DNA of 64,000 nt from Octopus sinensis (taxonomy: Eukaryota), in the NCBI RefSeq assembly GCF_006345805.1, contig NC_043014.1:13144001-13208000 (forward strand), written 5' to 3'. The position numbers and the translations under genes are program-made. The notes under the pieces were generated by a model that saw only the letters and a list, made by a program, of their open reading frames with translations, made no database searches and had not been told where the DNA came from. Below, one piece after another: positions 39,155 to 50,974 of the stretch (positions are counted from its first letter, which is position 1; the number at the start of each line of letters is the position of its first letter).

Positions 39155-39570
39155 ATTTCTTTACTACCCACAAGGGACTTCACATAGAGGAGACAAACAA
39201 GGACAGACAAAGGGATTAAGTCGATTATATCGACCCCAGTGCATAACTGGTACTTATTTAATCGACCCCCGAAAGGATGAAAGGTAAAGTCGACCTCGGC
39301 GGAATTTGAACTTAGAACGTAGCGGCAGACGAAATACCTATTTCTTTACTACCCACAAGGGGCTAAACACAGAGGGGACAAACAAGGACAGACACACGGA
39401 TTAACTCGATTACATCGACCCCAGTGCGTAACCAGTGCTTATTTAATCGACCCCGAAAGGATGAAAGGCAAAGTCGACCTCGGCGGAATTTGAACTCAGA
39501 ACGTAACGGCAGACGAAATACCGCAAATCATTTCTCCCGGCGTGCTAACGTTTCTGCCAGCTCGCTGCCT
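39155..39570 (-). mobile_element. Dimeric SINE family A inside the Helitron
   Basis: 16-bp TSD TCCTA(A/C)AAAACCTCTT (39139-39154 and 39571-39586); internal junction aaagaaatagg|tatttcgtctg. Confidence 0.9.
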
Positions 39571-39572
39571 TC

Positions 39573-40240
39573 CTACAAAACCTCTTGGTAAACAATATTC
39601 CTTGTTTTCCCACGTAGAGAAAATGAAAATAGATTTTTTTTTCTGCTTCCCACTCTAGAGCAGCCAATATTTAATCGCTCGTGTGAGAAGCATAACTCTT
39701 CTAAGTGAAGTTCTACTACAGACAGTGTTTGACCCTAGGTTTTATTGATAGACATTGCGAAGCTGATACGAATAGGAAATTGCACTCTTCTGAATGAAAA
39801 AAGAATTTCTGCTCCCAATGGAATGAGAGGAATTCTGGGTATCAAAACATCCTCTCCTTTTCAACATTCTGAGAGAATGGTGGCCTCAATAACATGTGGC
39901 ATCACCTTTTTTACCACCAGGCGTGTCCCATTGCAGAGTGTTAGTGGATCCAAACTCCTCAATAACATTACTGGAATTCCCACTTTCAGTTCCAATCTGT
40001 GAGGAGGTAGTCCTGGAGGCTCCATTGAATTGAGGAATTCTGTTGGATAATTTACCACGTCTTCTGGATCTGGGATTGTATCAACTGACTTACAGATGTG
40101 AGGACTTCCAGGGAGGTACTGCAACAGCTGTTCATTAATTTTACTTACATTACTGTTTTTTTTTTTTAGCCAACTGATATTGTGATAATTGTTTGACCAA
40201 TGGATGTAAGGAAGAAAATCAATTTCTGAAAGTTACTTTG
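39573..40240 (-). pseudogene. Helitron PIF1-like helicase C-terminal fragment
   Basis: Reads NYPTEFLNSMEPPGLPPHRLELKVGIPVMLLRSLDPLTLCNGTRLVVK...RVQFPIRISFAMSINKT*GQTL...CFSHERLNIGCSRV...NIVYQEVL*. Confidence 0.9.
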
Positions 40241-40487
40241 CAAAGAGTTACCTCCCTTCTCCACGAGCCCAGGAACTGGTATTTTCTGCTACCAGGGGGT
40301 CCGTTACTCATTGTTAAAAATTTTAAGAGTCTAAAACCATCTGTACAACATAGGTAATGTATGTTCCCAGCTTAGAGAAAATCAATTGAAATATACGGCC
40401 CTTATAATCTTTTACACACACATACACACACAAACAGAACGGGATTTATATTATAGATATATGTATGTGTGTGAATGTGTGTATACT

Positions 40488-40897
40488 CTTTACTCTTTTA
40501 CTGGTTTCAGTCATTTGGCTGTGGCCATGCTGGAGCACCGTCTTTAGTCGAGCAAATCGACCCCAGGACTTATTCTTTGTAAGCCTAGTACTTATTCTAT
40601 CGTTCTCGTTTGCCGAACCGCTAAGTTACGGGGACGTAAACACACCAGCATCGGTTGTCAAGCGATACTGGGGGGTACAAACATAGACACACAAACATAT
40701 ACACACACATACTTATATATATATACATATATACAACGGGCTTCTTTCAGTTTCCGTCTACCAAATCCACTCATATGGCTTTGGTCAGACCGAGGTTATA
40801 GTAGAAGACACTTGCCCAAGGTGCCACGCAGTGTGACTGAACCCGAAACCATGTGGTTGGTAAGCAAGCTACTTACCACACAGCCACTTCTGCTCCT
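40488..40897 (-). mobile_element. SINE family C
   Basis: Reverse complement of the family consensus. Confidence 0.85.
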
Positions 40898-41503
40898 ATA
40901 TACATGCATGTATGTATGCATATAAGGCGCGTGGCTTTGTGTTTAGCATACGATCGTAAGGTCGTGATCTCAATTCCTGGCGATGCCTTGTGTCATTGAG
41001 CAAGACACTTCATCTCACGTCGAGATCTCAATTCTCGGCGACGCGTTGTGTCGTTGAGCAGGACAGTTCATTTCCATTCAGCTGACAAAAATGAGTACAG
41101 CCTGTATTTCAAAGGACCAGCTTATCACACTGTGTGTCGCGCTGAATCTCCCTGAGAACTACGTTAAGGGTACACGTGACTGTCAAATGCTCAGCCACTT
41201 GCACGTTAACTTCACGAGCAGGCTGTTCCGTTGATTGGATCAACTGGAACCCTCGTCGTCGAAACCGACGGAGTGCTTATCATGCATGTAGGTATATATG
41301 TCTGTCTGTCAGTCTATCTATCTGTATGTATGCATGCATGTATGTATGTATGTAGGTATGTATGCATATATGTATAACGGGAAGGTTTATGAAAATAAAC
41401 AAAAGACGAAGGCAGGTTTACGAAAATATACAAAAGACGAAGGCAGGTGGAGTACAAATAAATAATGTATTAGTATGGCGCTCAGGAATAGAAATAAAAC
41501 AAG

Positions 41504-41541
41504 TCTTTTACGTTTCGAGCCTACGCTCTTCGACAGAAAGA
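41504..41541 (-). ncRNA. Candidate minimal type I hammerhead-like ribozyme with variant core
   Basis: Minus strand reads UCUUU-CUGUCGA-A-GAGC(GUAG)GCUC-GAAAC-GUA-AAAGA: 5-bp stem I, 4-bp stem II and a palindromic ACGU helix III. The core has U at the conserved A6. Confidence 0.5.
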
Positions 41542-41599
41542 TACACAGAAAAGAAACAAGGAGAGAAAAACAATGCGTGTAGGGGCTAACGATTCAACA

Positions 41600-42065
41600 T
41601 ATGCATGCGCGTGTTTATGTATGTATGTATGTATGTATGTATGTATGTATGTATGTATGTATGTATGTGTGTGTGTATGTATGTGTGTATGTATGTATGT
41701 GTATGTATGTATGTATGTATGTGTGTATGTATGTATGTATGTGTGTATGTATGTGTGTGTATGTATGTATGCATGTGTGTATGTATGTATGTATATATGT
41801 ATGTATGTATGTATGTATGTGTGTGTGTATGTATGTATGTATGTATGTGTGTATGTATGTGTGTATGTATGTATGTATACATGTATGTATGCATGCACGT
41901 GTGTGTGTGTGTATGTATGTATGTATATGTGTGTACGTGTGTATGAATGTATGTGTGTATGTATGCATGTATGCGTGTATGTATATGTGTATGTATATGT
42001 GTGTGTATTTGTTTATGTATATGTATTTGTATGTGTGTATTTGTATTTGTGTGCGCACGTGTGTG
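41600..42065. repeat. Long compound (TATG)n/(TG)n microsatellite
   Basis: Visible directly. Confidence 0.95.
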
Positions 42066-43404
42066 TGTGCGCGAGCCAGTAGTATTCCGTGGTGATCAGA
42101 TGATACACATGTGATCATGGTTGACCTATTCCCTGTCTAGATCATAGTTACACTTATGTCGCTCAATGGTATCACTGTAAACACGCCTGCGGGCGCATGC
42201 ACGCACACACACGCACACACACGCACACACACGCACACACACACACATATAAAGGGATTGATGACGTAGAAGTGACCCAGATCACAACATTCCCTCCTGA
42301 ACACTGTATCATATCACAGCCGAACACCTACTGAACAGCAAAGAGAGCTTCAGTGTGATCACATACGTAAGTAATCAGTGAAAATAACATCTTGAGGGTA
42401 GGTGAATAACCCTTGAATCGTGCGCAGCCCTTCCTTATGGCTCAAAGGTCGCCGACAAACCTAACTTAAACAGAAAGTTAAGATGAGTAACCTTCGTCAT
42501 ATCAACAGAATACCCCACAGGATAGATAATACAAACAACGTTGACAGGAATAGTAGTTTTGTTTGACTACTACTGACAGGATTAGTAGTATAAGTTTGGT
42601 AAGCCTCTACAAAGGTGGAGGCGAGTGGCTTAGGGGTTAGGGTGTCAGCATCATGATCGTAAGATTGTGGTTTCGATTCCTGGACCGGGCGACGCGTTGT
42701 GTTCTTGAGCAAGACACTTCATTTCACGTTGCTCCAATCCACTCAGCTGGCAAAAATGAGTAACGCCTCGATGGACTGGCGTTCCGTCCAGCTGGGGAAC
42801 ACATACGCCATTGAAACCGGGAAACCGGGCCCATGAGCCTTGCTAAGCTTTAAAAGGGCGCATTTATTTATTTATTTATTTAAACCTCCACAAGACTTTG
42901 ATCAGCATTGGTAATGGGGGAGTGAATCTAACAGGGTAGTAGCGGTAGGGTTTGTATAAGTTCGTGTGACACTCTTTCGGTTCCGATGACGAGTGTTCCA
43001 GCTGATCCGATCAACAGAACAGCTTGCTCGTGAAATTAACGTGCAAGTAGCTGAGCGCTCAACAGACACGTGTATCCTTACCATAGTTCTCAGGGGGATT
43101 TAGCGTGACACAGAATGTGACAAGGCTGGCTCTTTGAATTACAAGTACAATTCATTTCTGCCAGCTGAGTGAACTGGAGCAACGTGAAATAAAGTGTCTC
43201 GCTCAAGGACAACACGCTGCCGAGAATCGAACTCGTGATGTTACGATCATGAGCCGAAAACCCTAACTTATTTCTTTATTGCCCACAAGGGGCTAAACAT
43301 AGAGGGGACAAACAAGGACACACAAATGGATTAAGTCGATTACATCGACCACAGTGCGTAACTGGTACTTAATTTATCGACCCCGAAAGGATGAAAGGCA
43401 AAGT

Positions 43405-44900
43405 CATAGGGAGAGTTGGGATCAAAGGTGTCTACGGTGGGGCTCTGATTAATTTGGATCAGTCGAAAGTTTTCGACTGAGCTCGACCAGCGTTATTTGA
43501 AATCCTTCTCAAACTGATTGGGTTCGGATTCGTTTTCAGAGGCTGAATCATTGCAATGCACAGCAGCGCTTACTCGTTAGCCAAAGTAAACGGCCACTTC
43601 TCTGAACTGTTTCGTGTCGCACGTTGGCCCGTCAGTGCTGCTCTCTCTCCCCACTCCTTTGTATGCGCTTGCTTTTGAGCTATAGCTGCGGAAGTTGAAA
43701 CAGTTGAAGGACATTTCTTTCGAACTGAGACCCAGAAAGGCCATGTCGGCGCATGCAGACAGCATCACCATCATGATGTTGGACGCCTCCGAAGTGGAGA
43801 CGGTCGGCACCATATTAAAGGAGTAGGAATCAGTAACAGGGGCCAAGATCAACGCGGACAAGTTGATAGACTTGCAGCTGAGCACCCGGAGAGGCAGTTT
43901 CCTGTCGTTGGACGGCGTTATTGGACGCTGGACTGACATATCAGTGAAACATCTCGGGGTCTAATTCGGTCCTGACCTCCAGGAAGATAAGAATTGGGAA
44001 GAGGTGACGAACGAGTGACCAGTCGTCTTATCCAGAAATGGGCAGAGAGGAAACTGTTCCTGAATGGACGGGAAAAGTGGCGAATGTCTACATCACCTCC
44101 GTCAATATTTATCAGCTGATAGTCTAGTCTTGCGTCAGCTACTACCTGATCAGAGCGTTTGATATTCCGGCGAGCTGGCAGAAACGTTAGCACGCCGGGC
44201 GAAATGCATAGCCGTATTTCGTCTGCCGCTACGTTCTGAGTTCAAATTCCGCCGTAGTCGACTTCGCCTTTCATCCTTTCGGGGTCGATAAATTAAGTAC
44301 CAGTTACGCACTGTTGTCGATGTAATCGACTTAATCCGTTTGTCTGTCCTTGTTTGTCCCCTCTGTGTTTAGCCCCTTGTGGGCAATAAATAAATAGATA
44401 TTCCGTTTCTTGTAGAAGAGATGCGTTCCACTGGTCAAGCGGTCCGTCTGCTACCAACAACCACTGCTTAGGGCATGTCAATGATATGGAGACACGCACT
44501 GAGGTTGCGTCGTCTGCAACAATTCCCAGGCGGTGAACGCGTGTGGGCACCGTTCGTGAAGTATGTCTTTATGCTGCTCGTCTTCTTGACGAAAGTACCT
44601 GGCGACTAGAATATCATCAGGCGCTCACTGCACCTTTATCAGTTGGGAAATGGGATTGAGGGATTTCCACTCGAGCAATCTGTAGATGATTAATGACGGG
44701 GAAGTGTGACGGCGTCTTCGCGGAGACTCTGAACATTGACAAATATGAACTGATTAGTCTGTTCCGGAGGGCTTTCAGGTCGGGGACTGCCATTGATAAT
44801 TTCCAAAATCCTTGGTCTGACAGAGCTACCGGTGGGTGATATTGATTCGAGATAAACTCTGTAGACACGAATGTGTTAATAGACGGGCTTCTCCGAGATG
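43405..44900 (+). pseudogene. Tx1/L1-clade LINE ORF2 fragment (RT to zf-RVT region), interrupted by a SINE
   Basis: Reads GALINLDQSKVFD, KVNGHFSE, LYALAFEL, SAHADSIT (YADD equivalent), ESVTGAKINADK, VKHLGV*FG, NWEEV, QKWAERKL and DNFQ(K)SLV*QSYR..IRDKLCRH, with stops and frameshifts. Confidence 0.75.
44169..44396 (+). mobile_element. SINE family A
   Basis: 8-bp TSD GATATTCC (44161-44168 and 44397-44404). Confidence 0.9.
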
Positions 44901-45910
44901 CACGCAGAGTGACGATATCGAAAGGACGAAAGGCAAAAATTGATTACGGCGAAATTTAAACTCAGAACTACTTTTAAAGCATGCGTTCTAGCACAACATT
45001 TAGAATGCAACTAGGAGAAATTATATCTATTTGATCTTTCAGAAATGTAGTAAGAGAGATTCGACCAACGATACTTTGTTTTATCGATCCCAACCCCCGA
45101 AACGATGAAAAGCAAATTTGTTGACTCTACATGTACATCTGTAATGCACGACCAACTTCGTATGACTTGTACGGTGTTAATAAAGCATATTTAAATGTTT
45201 GCCTGGTGCTGTTAAATTATTACATGCAGCTTCCACAAACCAACCAGCAACCATCACAACACCAACAAGACATCCCAGCGATTTTGGTGTGACCCAAGTA
45301 ACAGATTCATTGAAAAGTTAATATGCTGACTTGGTTGTATATGGTAACGATCTGCAGCCCAACCGAATATCCATTGCTCACTTAACCAAGCCACAGGAGT
45401 ATATACGACTGATATTTGAAGCACGGTTTTATTTCGTTTTACTATAGCAAGTCACTACTAGTAGATGTTCCATAATTTAAAACCTTGCTTCCAAACCATT
45501 CTGAGAACATCATTCATTCCACACAATCGGAAAGAAAAGCATAAATTCAAAACAAGTTGTAATATCAATGTCTTTCTCAAATTCTAATTCTTGTACATGT
45601 TACTAGAGAAATGAGTAGGAGAATATGAAATGGCGCACTTCGACAGTTTCTGTTGACATGATTACGTAAAGAATGACGTCATTTTAGGATTCTCATATAA
45701 CGCAGTATTTGGGTGTATCCTCAACATTCTCACCGTTTCTGCTGTCATCAACAACATAACGTCTGCTATTTCTTCCTTCGTTAACATTTGTTATCTTCTG
45801 CCTCTTCCAGCTATGCTTGTTTTGAACCAACAAAAAGAACATTTCATATAGCAATATACAGGAGAGCCTACTCTCGATGTTACACAGCAACTCATATGAT
45901 AATGCATATT

Positions 45911-46148
45911 TATTTCTTTACTACCCCCAAGGGGCTAAACACAGAGAGGACAAACAAGGACAGACAAATGGATTAAGTCGATTACATCGATCCCCAGTGC
46001 GTAACTGGTACTTAATTTATCGACCCCGAAAGGATGAAAGACAAAGTCGACCTCGGCAGAATTTGAACTCGGAACGTAACGACAGACGAAATACGGCTAC
46101 GCATTTCGCCCGGCGTGCTAACGTTTCTGCCAGCTCGCCGCCTCTATA
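45911..46148 (-). mobile_element. SINE family A
   Basis: 15-bp TSD ATGATAATGCATATT (45896-45910 and 46149-46163). Confidence 0.9.
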
Positions 46149-47049
46149 ATGATAATGCATATTAGTATACTAACTCTTCTACTAAGCGCGTTATTTGTTC
46201 TAGCGGTGAGTTGGTGGAATCGTTACCACGCTTAGCAGTATTTCTTCTGGTTTTATGTTCCGAGTTCAAATGCTGCCGAGGTCGACTATGCCTTTCATCC
46301 TTTCGGAGTCGATAAAATAATGCACTTGTTCAAGTTCTAGAGTAGATATAAACGACTCGCTCAAAATTACTAGCTTTGTGTCAAAATATGAGAGTTATTC
46401 GTTTCAGTCCTGAGTTCAAATACCGCTGAGATTGTCTTTATCTTTCATTTTCTCGAGGTCGATGAAATGAAGTGCAAGTCTAGGATAGTAGATTGATGGA
46501 ATTGTCAGAACATTAGATTCGCCATATTTGTCCTGGCTCTTTTTAAAACTCAAATGATACTGACATCAATCATATTTGCCATTCAGTCATTTGGCAAAAT
46601 ACTCGACGTATTTGTTCTATGTTTTTACTTTCTGGCTGCTCAGAAAGATATGGCAAAGTTTTTTTTTTGTATCTAACCAACAATATGATATTTGGTAAAA
46701 GATTAACTGATTGAAGTCAGCAGGAAACTAACGAAAATTCCATGACAAGGAGTTAGTGCTTACCAAAGAAACTACTAAAGGCTTCTTGTAATCTCCGTGT
46801 ATCTCTTGTTATCATCTTGTAACACTTTGCTTCTAAATAATCTTCACCAACTAAGACCATTCTGTCTGCAACCACACAGTCTTTTTTCCCCGACATAATG
46901 CATCCAAAAATTACATTAAATTATGTCCTTCTTACTTAGATCGTTCGGCGTGACGTTTGTATGTTCCATGTAACTAGCTTCGTTACATTTTTGGCACTCG
47001 GAATTTGGAGGACTTTGAGAACGTACTACCATGACTACAAAACCAATGA

Positions 47050-47330
47050 AGATACTCAAAAGAGAGCCAACATAAGACCACTTAGCGAAATCATTACAGA
47101 ACGAAGATTAAAAGTAGCAGGCCACATACTCTGGCTACCAGAGCAACGCCATTCTAAAAGAGCTTTCATAGGGAAAAGGAAAGAGAGAAACCAAAAACTA
47201 CATGGCGTAAAACATTCATAACCAACGGGAGTGGCCAATATCACATTGCCGGATGCAGCCAACAGAATTCGGTGGCATTGACTTGAGGCTCGAGAGAGTA
47301 GGAGGAACTCTAACTGGTACTGAAGTATGA
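47050..47330 (+). pseudogene. RTE LINE 3' fragment
   Basis: Reads RANIRPLSEIITERRLKVAGHILWLPE..GKRK (RRL.FAGH / GKR..GRP motif). Confidence 0.65.
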
Positions 47331-48388
47331 TATGAGGAATACGTTGTTGCTATCTCTAGAACGTATAGTGACCGAGTAGAAGCTTCTACGTCGGCTGGAA
47401 TAGACTCCTTGTTAAATGTTAAATTAGTACTAACAATGTTATTTCAAAGAATCCAGTTGGGTTAAAATATAATTGTAACCTGCAGAGGATAAGAACGATG
47501 ATTTTTGCAAGAATTTCTCGTAGGGACAGAAAAGGGTGATCTGAGGGAAGATACATGGGAACAAAGAACCGTTTGTAACATTAAAAACCAAAGTAGATAA
47601 TTAATGACGAGGATGTGTGACGGCGTCTTCGGGGAGACTCTGAACATTGACAAATATGAACTGATTAGTCTGTTCCGGAGAGCTTTCAGGTCGGAGACTG
47701 CCATTGATAATTTCCAAAATCCTTGGTCTGACAGATCTACCGGAGGGTGCTATTGATTTGAGATAAACTCTGCAGACACGAATGTGTTAATAGACGGGCT
47801 TCTCCGAAATGCATACTAAGTGACGATATCGAAAGGACGAAAAGCAAAATTGATTACGGTGAAATTTAAACTCAGAACTACTTTTAACGCATACGTTCTA
47901 GCACAACATTTAGAATGCAACTAGGAGAAGGCACAGACGACTACCACACTTACCAGTATTTAGGAAGAAAGTTCTGAATAATCTGACGATGGAAATACTA
48001 TTTTGAAGCATCTGAGGCAAGGAATTTCATTATATACTCCAGTGAGGCGGGGTCAAGGCGAAACATGTTACTAAAAATGATTTCAAAACAAACATAGCTG
48101 GAAGAGGCAGAGGATAACAAATGCTAACGAAGGAAGAAATAGTAGACGTTATGTTGTTGATGACAGCAGAAACGGTGAGAATGATGAAGGAGACCAATAC
48201 ACTCAAATACACCCAAATACTGCGTTATATGAGAATCCTAAAATAACGTCATTCCGTACATAAACATGTCAACCGAAACTGATGTTTATAAACATTATCA
48301 ACATCCTAGAACATTAAAAGGATGTAGCATTTGCAAGTCAATTCTTCAAGCCAGGACTTCCTGCTAAAATGGTATATTATAGTCTGGC

Positions 48389-48616
48389 GGCGAGCTGGCA
48401 GAAACGTTAGCACGCCGGGCGAAATGCTTAGCGGTATTTCGTCTATCGCTACGTTCTGAGTTCAAATTCCGCCGAGGTCGACTTTGCCTTTCATCCTTTC
48501 GGGATCGATTAAACAAGTACCAGTTACGCACTGGGGTCGATATAATCGACTTAATCCGTTTGTCTGTCCTTGTTTGTCCTCTCTGTATTTAGCCCCTTGT
48601 GGGCAATAAAGAAATA
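48389..48616 (+). mobile_element. SINE family A, near consensus
   Basis: 18-bp TSD GGTATATTATAGTCTGGC (48371-48388 and 48617-48634). Confidence 0.9.
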
Positions 48617-48699
48617 GGTATATTATAGTCTGGCTATAATGGTATAAGGGAAGTATCATTCTTTGAACATTCCAGGAAGTTGGCTTTTAGCATTTGTCT

Positions 48700-49747
48700 T
48701 CCATTAGTTGTTTAGCTGGGTCTCAGTGTCTTGGACATAACCATTTTCCTTAAGGATACAATCATATTTCTTCCCAAACCATCGGACTCCACTTTCATGG
48801 ATTGTTGGAATCTCAGACTCCTCAATGCTGAAGATGTAATTTGTCGGCTTTTCTTTGGGGATAAAAAGGCTCCAAGATTTTGCAGGAGTGAACTTTATGC
48901 ATGACAATGTGGCCATCCTTTCCAGCAAGTTCGGAGTCCACCGTCCCTTGGATTGATGATGTCTTAACTGTTATGTCATCCATGCAGGCCCTGCAGGCTG
49001 AATACCCTGTATTACCATCAATTTCAGCTCCTCTCAAGTTTTTTCCACTTATTTCTAGCACTAGATTCATGGCTGCTACGAACAGGACCATGGAAACTGT
49101 GTACCCTGGCATGATACCCTTTCCAATTCTTTACCATTTGGTTGGTGAAATTTCCCACAGTAAATGTCATCTCCAGCAAACCTAAGTGTGACATTATGAG
49201 TCCAGCTACTGTTGTTGGTACTCAGTAGTTCCACAATGTACTTTGGATTATCTGATGGGAAAAGCTTTGGTAGGCTTTGGCAAGATCTAACCATACAACT
49301 GAGAGCGTATTGTTGTTCCTCTTTGCCTTCTTAAAGACATGGCATCGTGTTTGAGGTATCCAGAGTATCATGAAACCCTTCCTTTTGGGACATTTATGTT
49401 GATACACTCATTTGTCAGTAGATACGATGTTAATCTTTTGGCAACAATGGATCAAAGGAGACCTCACTAAACTGGTCAAGTCCTACTAAGTTTTCTTCTT
49501 TGGGGACAAAACAGCCCTTAGCAAGTGAGCAGAGCCAAAGTTCCTGCTTCTTCTATTAGATTGAATGTAAATATCTTACTAGCCTCCCCAGCAGAAGTGA
49601 GTAGTTTTTGAAAATCTTATAACCGGTGCCAGATGCTATGGCAGCAGAACCTGCCTGAGCTTTTGCAACAACAGTCCTCGTTCGTCGAAAGTGAAGTCTG
49701 TCATATTGAAAAAGGTATGGAGTCGAGTTTGAGCCATGATGATGGAA

Positions 49748-49796
<49 letters not shown>

Positions 49797-50620
49797 TGTG
49801 TGTGTGTCTGTGTCTGTGTGTGTGCGTGTGTGTTTGTATGTGTGTGTGTATGTGTGTTGTGTCTGTGTGTGTGTGTGTGCATGCTAGCCAAGCAGAAGAC
49901 TACACCAGGCTTTTGTATCTGTTTTAGCATGGCTTTTACAGCTGGATACTCTTCTTAACACTGGCCAACCTGCAGACTGGACTGAGTGCTTTTTACGTGG
50001 CATAAGCACAGGTCAGTGTTGACATGATTTTTACAGCTGGATGCCCTTCCAAATGTCAACCACTTCACAGTGTGGACTGGACGCTTTTTACATGACACCA
50101 GCACCAGCATGGTTACCAAGCAACTTGCAAGACAAGGAATTTTTGAGAGGGGAAGGTCATTGGAGGAGGTGTATACACATCACCATCATCATCTGGTTGG
50201 CTGACTTGCCTGGGTCAAAAGGTCATACTGGCCTTTCCATTGCTCTGGAGCAGGTTTCTCCATAACTCTGAATGTAGCTGTTTAAAGGCCACATTTTCTT
50301 CATCATCTGCTTCTTTTTCCATTTTCTGCAGCTGTCTTAGCTCTTTCCTCAATTCTGTTATTATCTGGCACAAACTCCTCTAGGAATCGTTCTGCTGGGT
50401 TGGTTTTACTTTTTTCTTCCTTCATGCCAAAAGTATAACAGCATGCTGGTATACCACTTGCACCATGGTTCATATTTTCCTGGCAACATCACCTTCCAGA
50501 ATGTCGTCCAGGATGATGTCCAAGCCCCTGACCAACTGAGCTCATATTAAATCCTTTAAATGATGCCACAACTACAGACAATAGCAGTAGTTTGATAATT
50601 GAATTAATTGATCCTAGTGG
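48700..50620 (-). pseudogene. HERO-like (R2-superfamily) non-LTR retrotransposon remnant, split by a (TG)n tract and an RTE tail
   Basis: Minus-strand motifs in colinear order: [107 protein letters not shown]. Confidence 0.7.
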
Positions 50621-50974
50621 ATGTGAACTATTTTGACAAATGAAATTATTGAGTCAATGGCAAATATCACTAAATGCTGAGCAGAGACCTACATATATAC
50701 TTATATTAGGATCTTTTCTGTTTGGTTGCCAGCGGTTGCTGGCGTCAAATTTCTGTTTGAATTGATTTTATATTCAGTGTAATGATACACTTTTATAGGC
50801 TAATTAATGACGTGAAAGTAATGACATAAATGAAAGTAAACTAGGATCATGAGGAATACTGTTTCCTGCTCTCAGTTTGCAGACCCATCCAACCCCTGAA
50901 GGTTCAAGGTTTTTTGTTTTTTTTCTAAAGAAACAGAAATAGTGCTGAATGTGACTGGTCAACAAGGTAGCTGA

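Larger units (their letters stand above)
38480..40457 (-). mobile_element. Non-autonomous Helitron carrying RepHel fragments
   Basis: On the minus strand: A|TC 5' end at 40457, 3' hairpin CCCGAGCAACGCCGGG (38492-38507) 8 nt before CTAG|T (38480-38483), inserted at an AT target. Confidence 0.85.

Noticed and set aside
41521-42118. Long MYVC/HTYI ORFs of 100-169 aa (also near 5.3, 23.5, 28.7, 53.0 and 58.7 kb)
   Set aside because: They are translations of (TATG)/(TG) microsatellites, open in several frames on both strands.
42259-42334. Possible C/D-box snoRNA (TGATGA ... CTGA ... CTGA)
   Set aside because: There is no terminal stem, the C box lacks the leading purine, there is no convincing C' box, and I cannot verify an rRNA guide.
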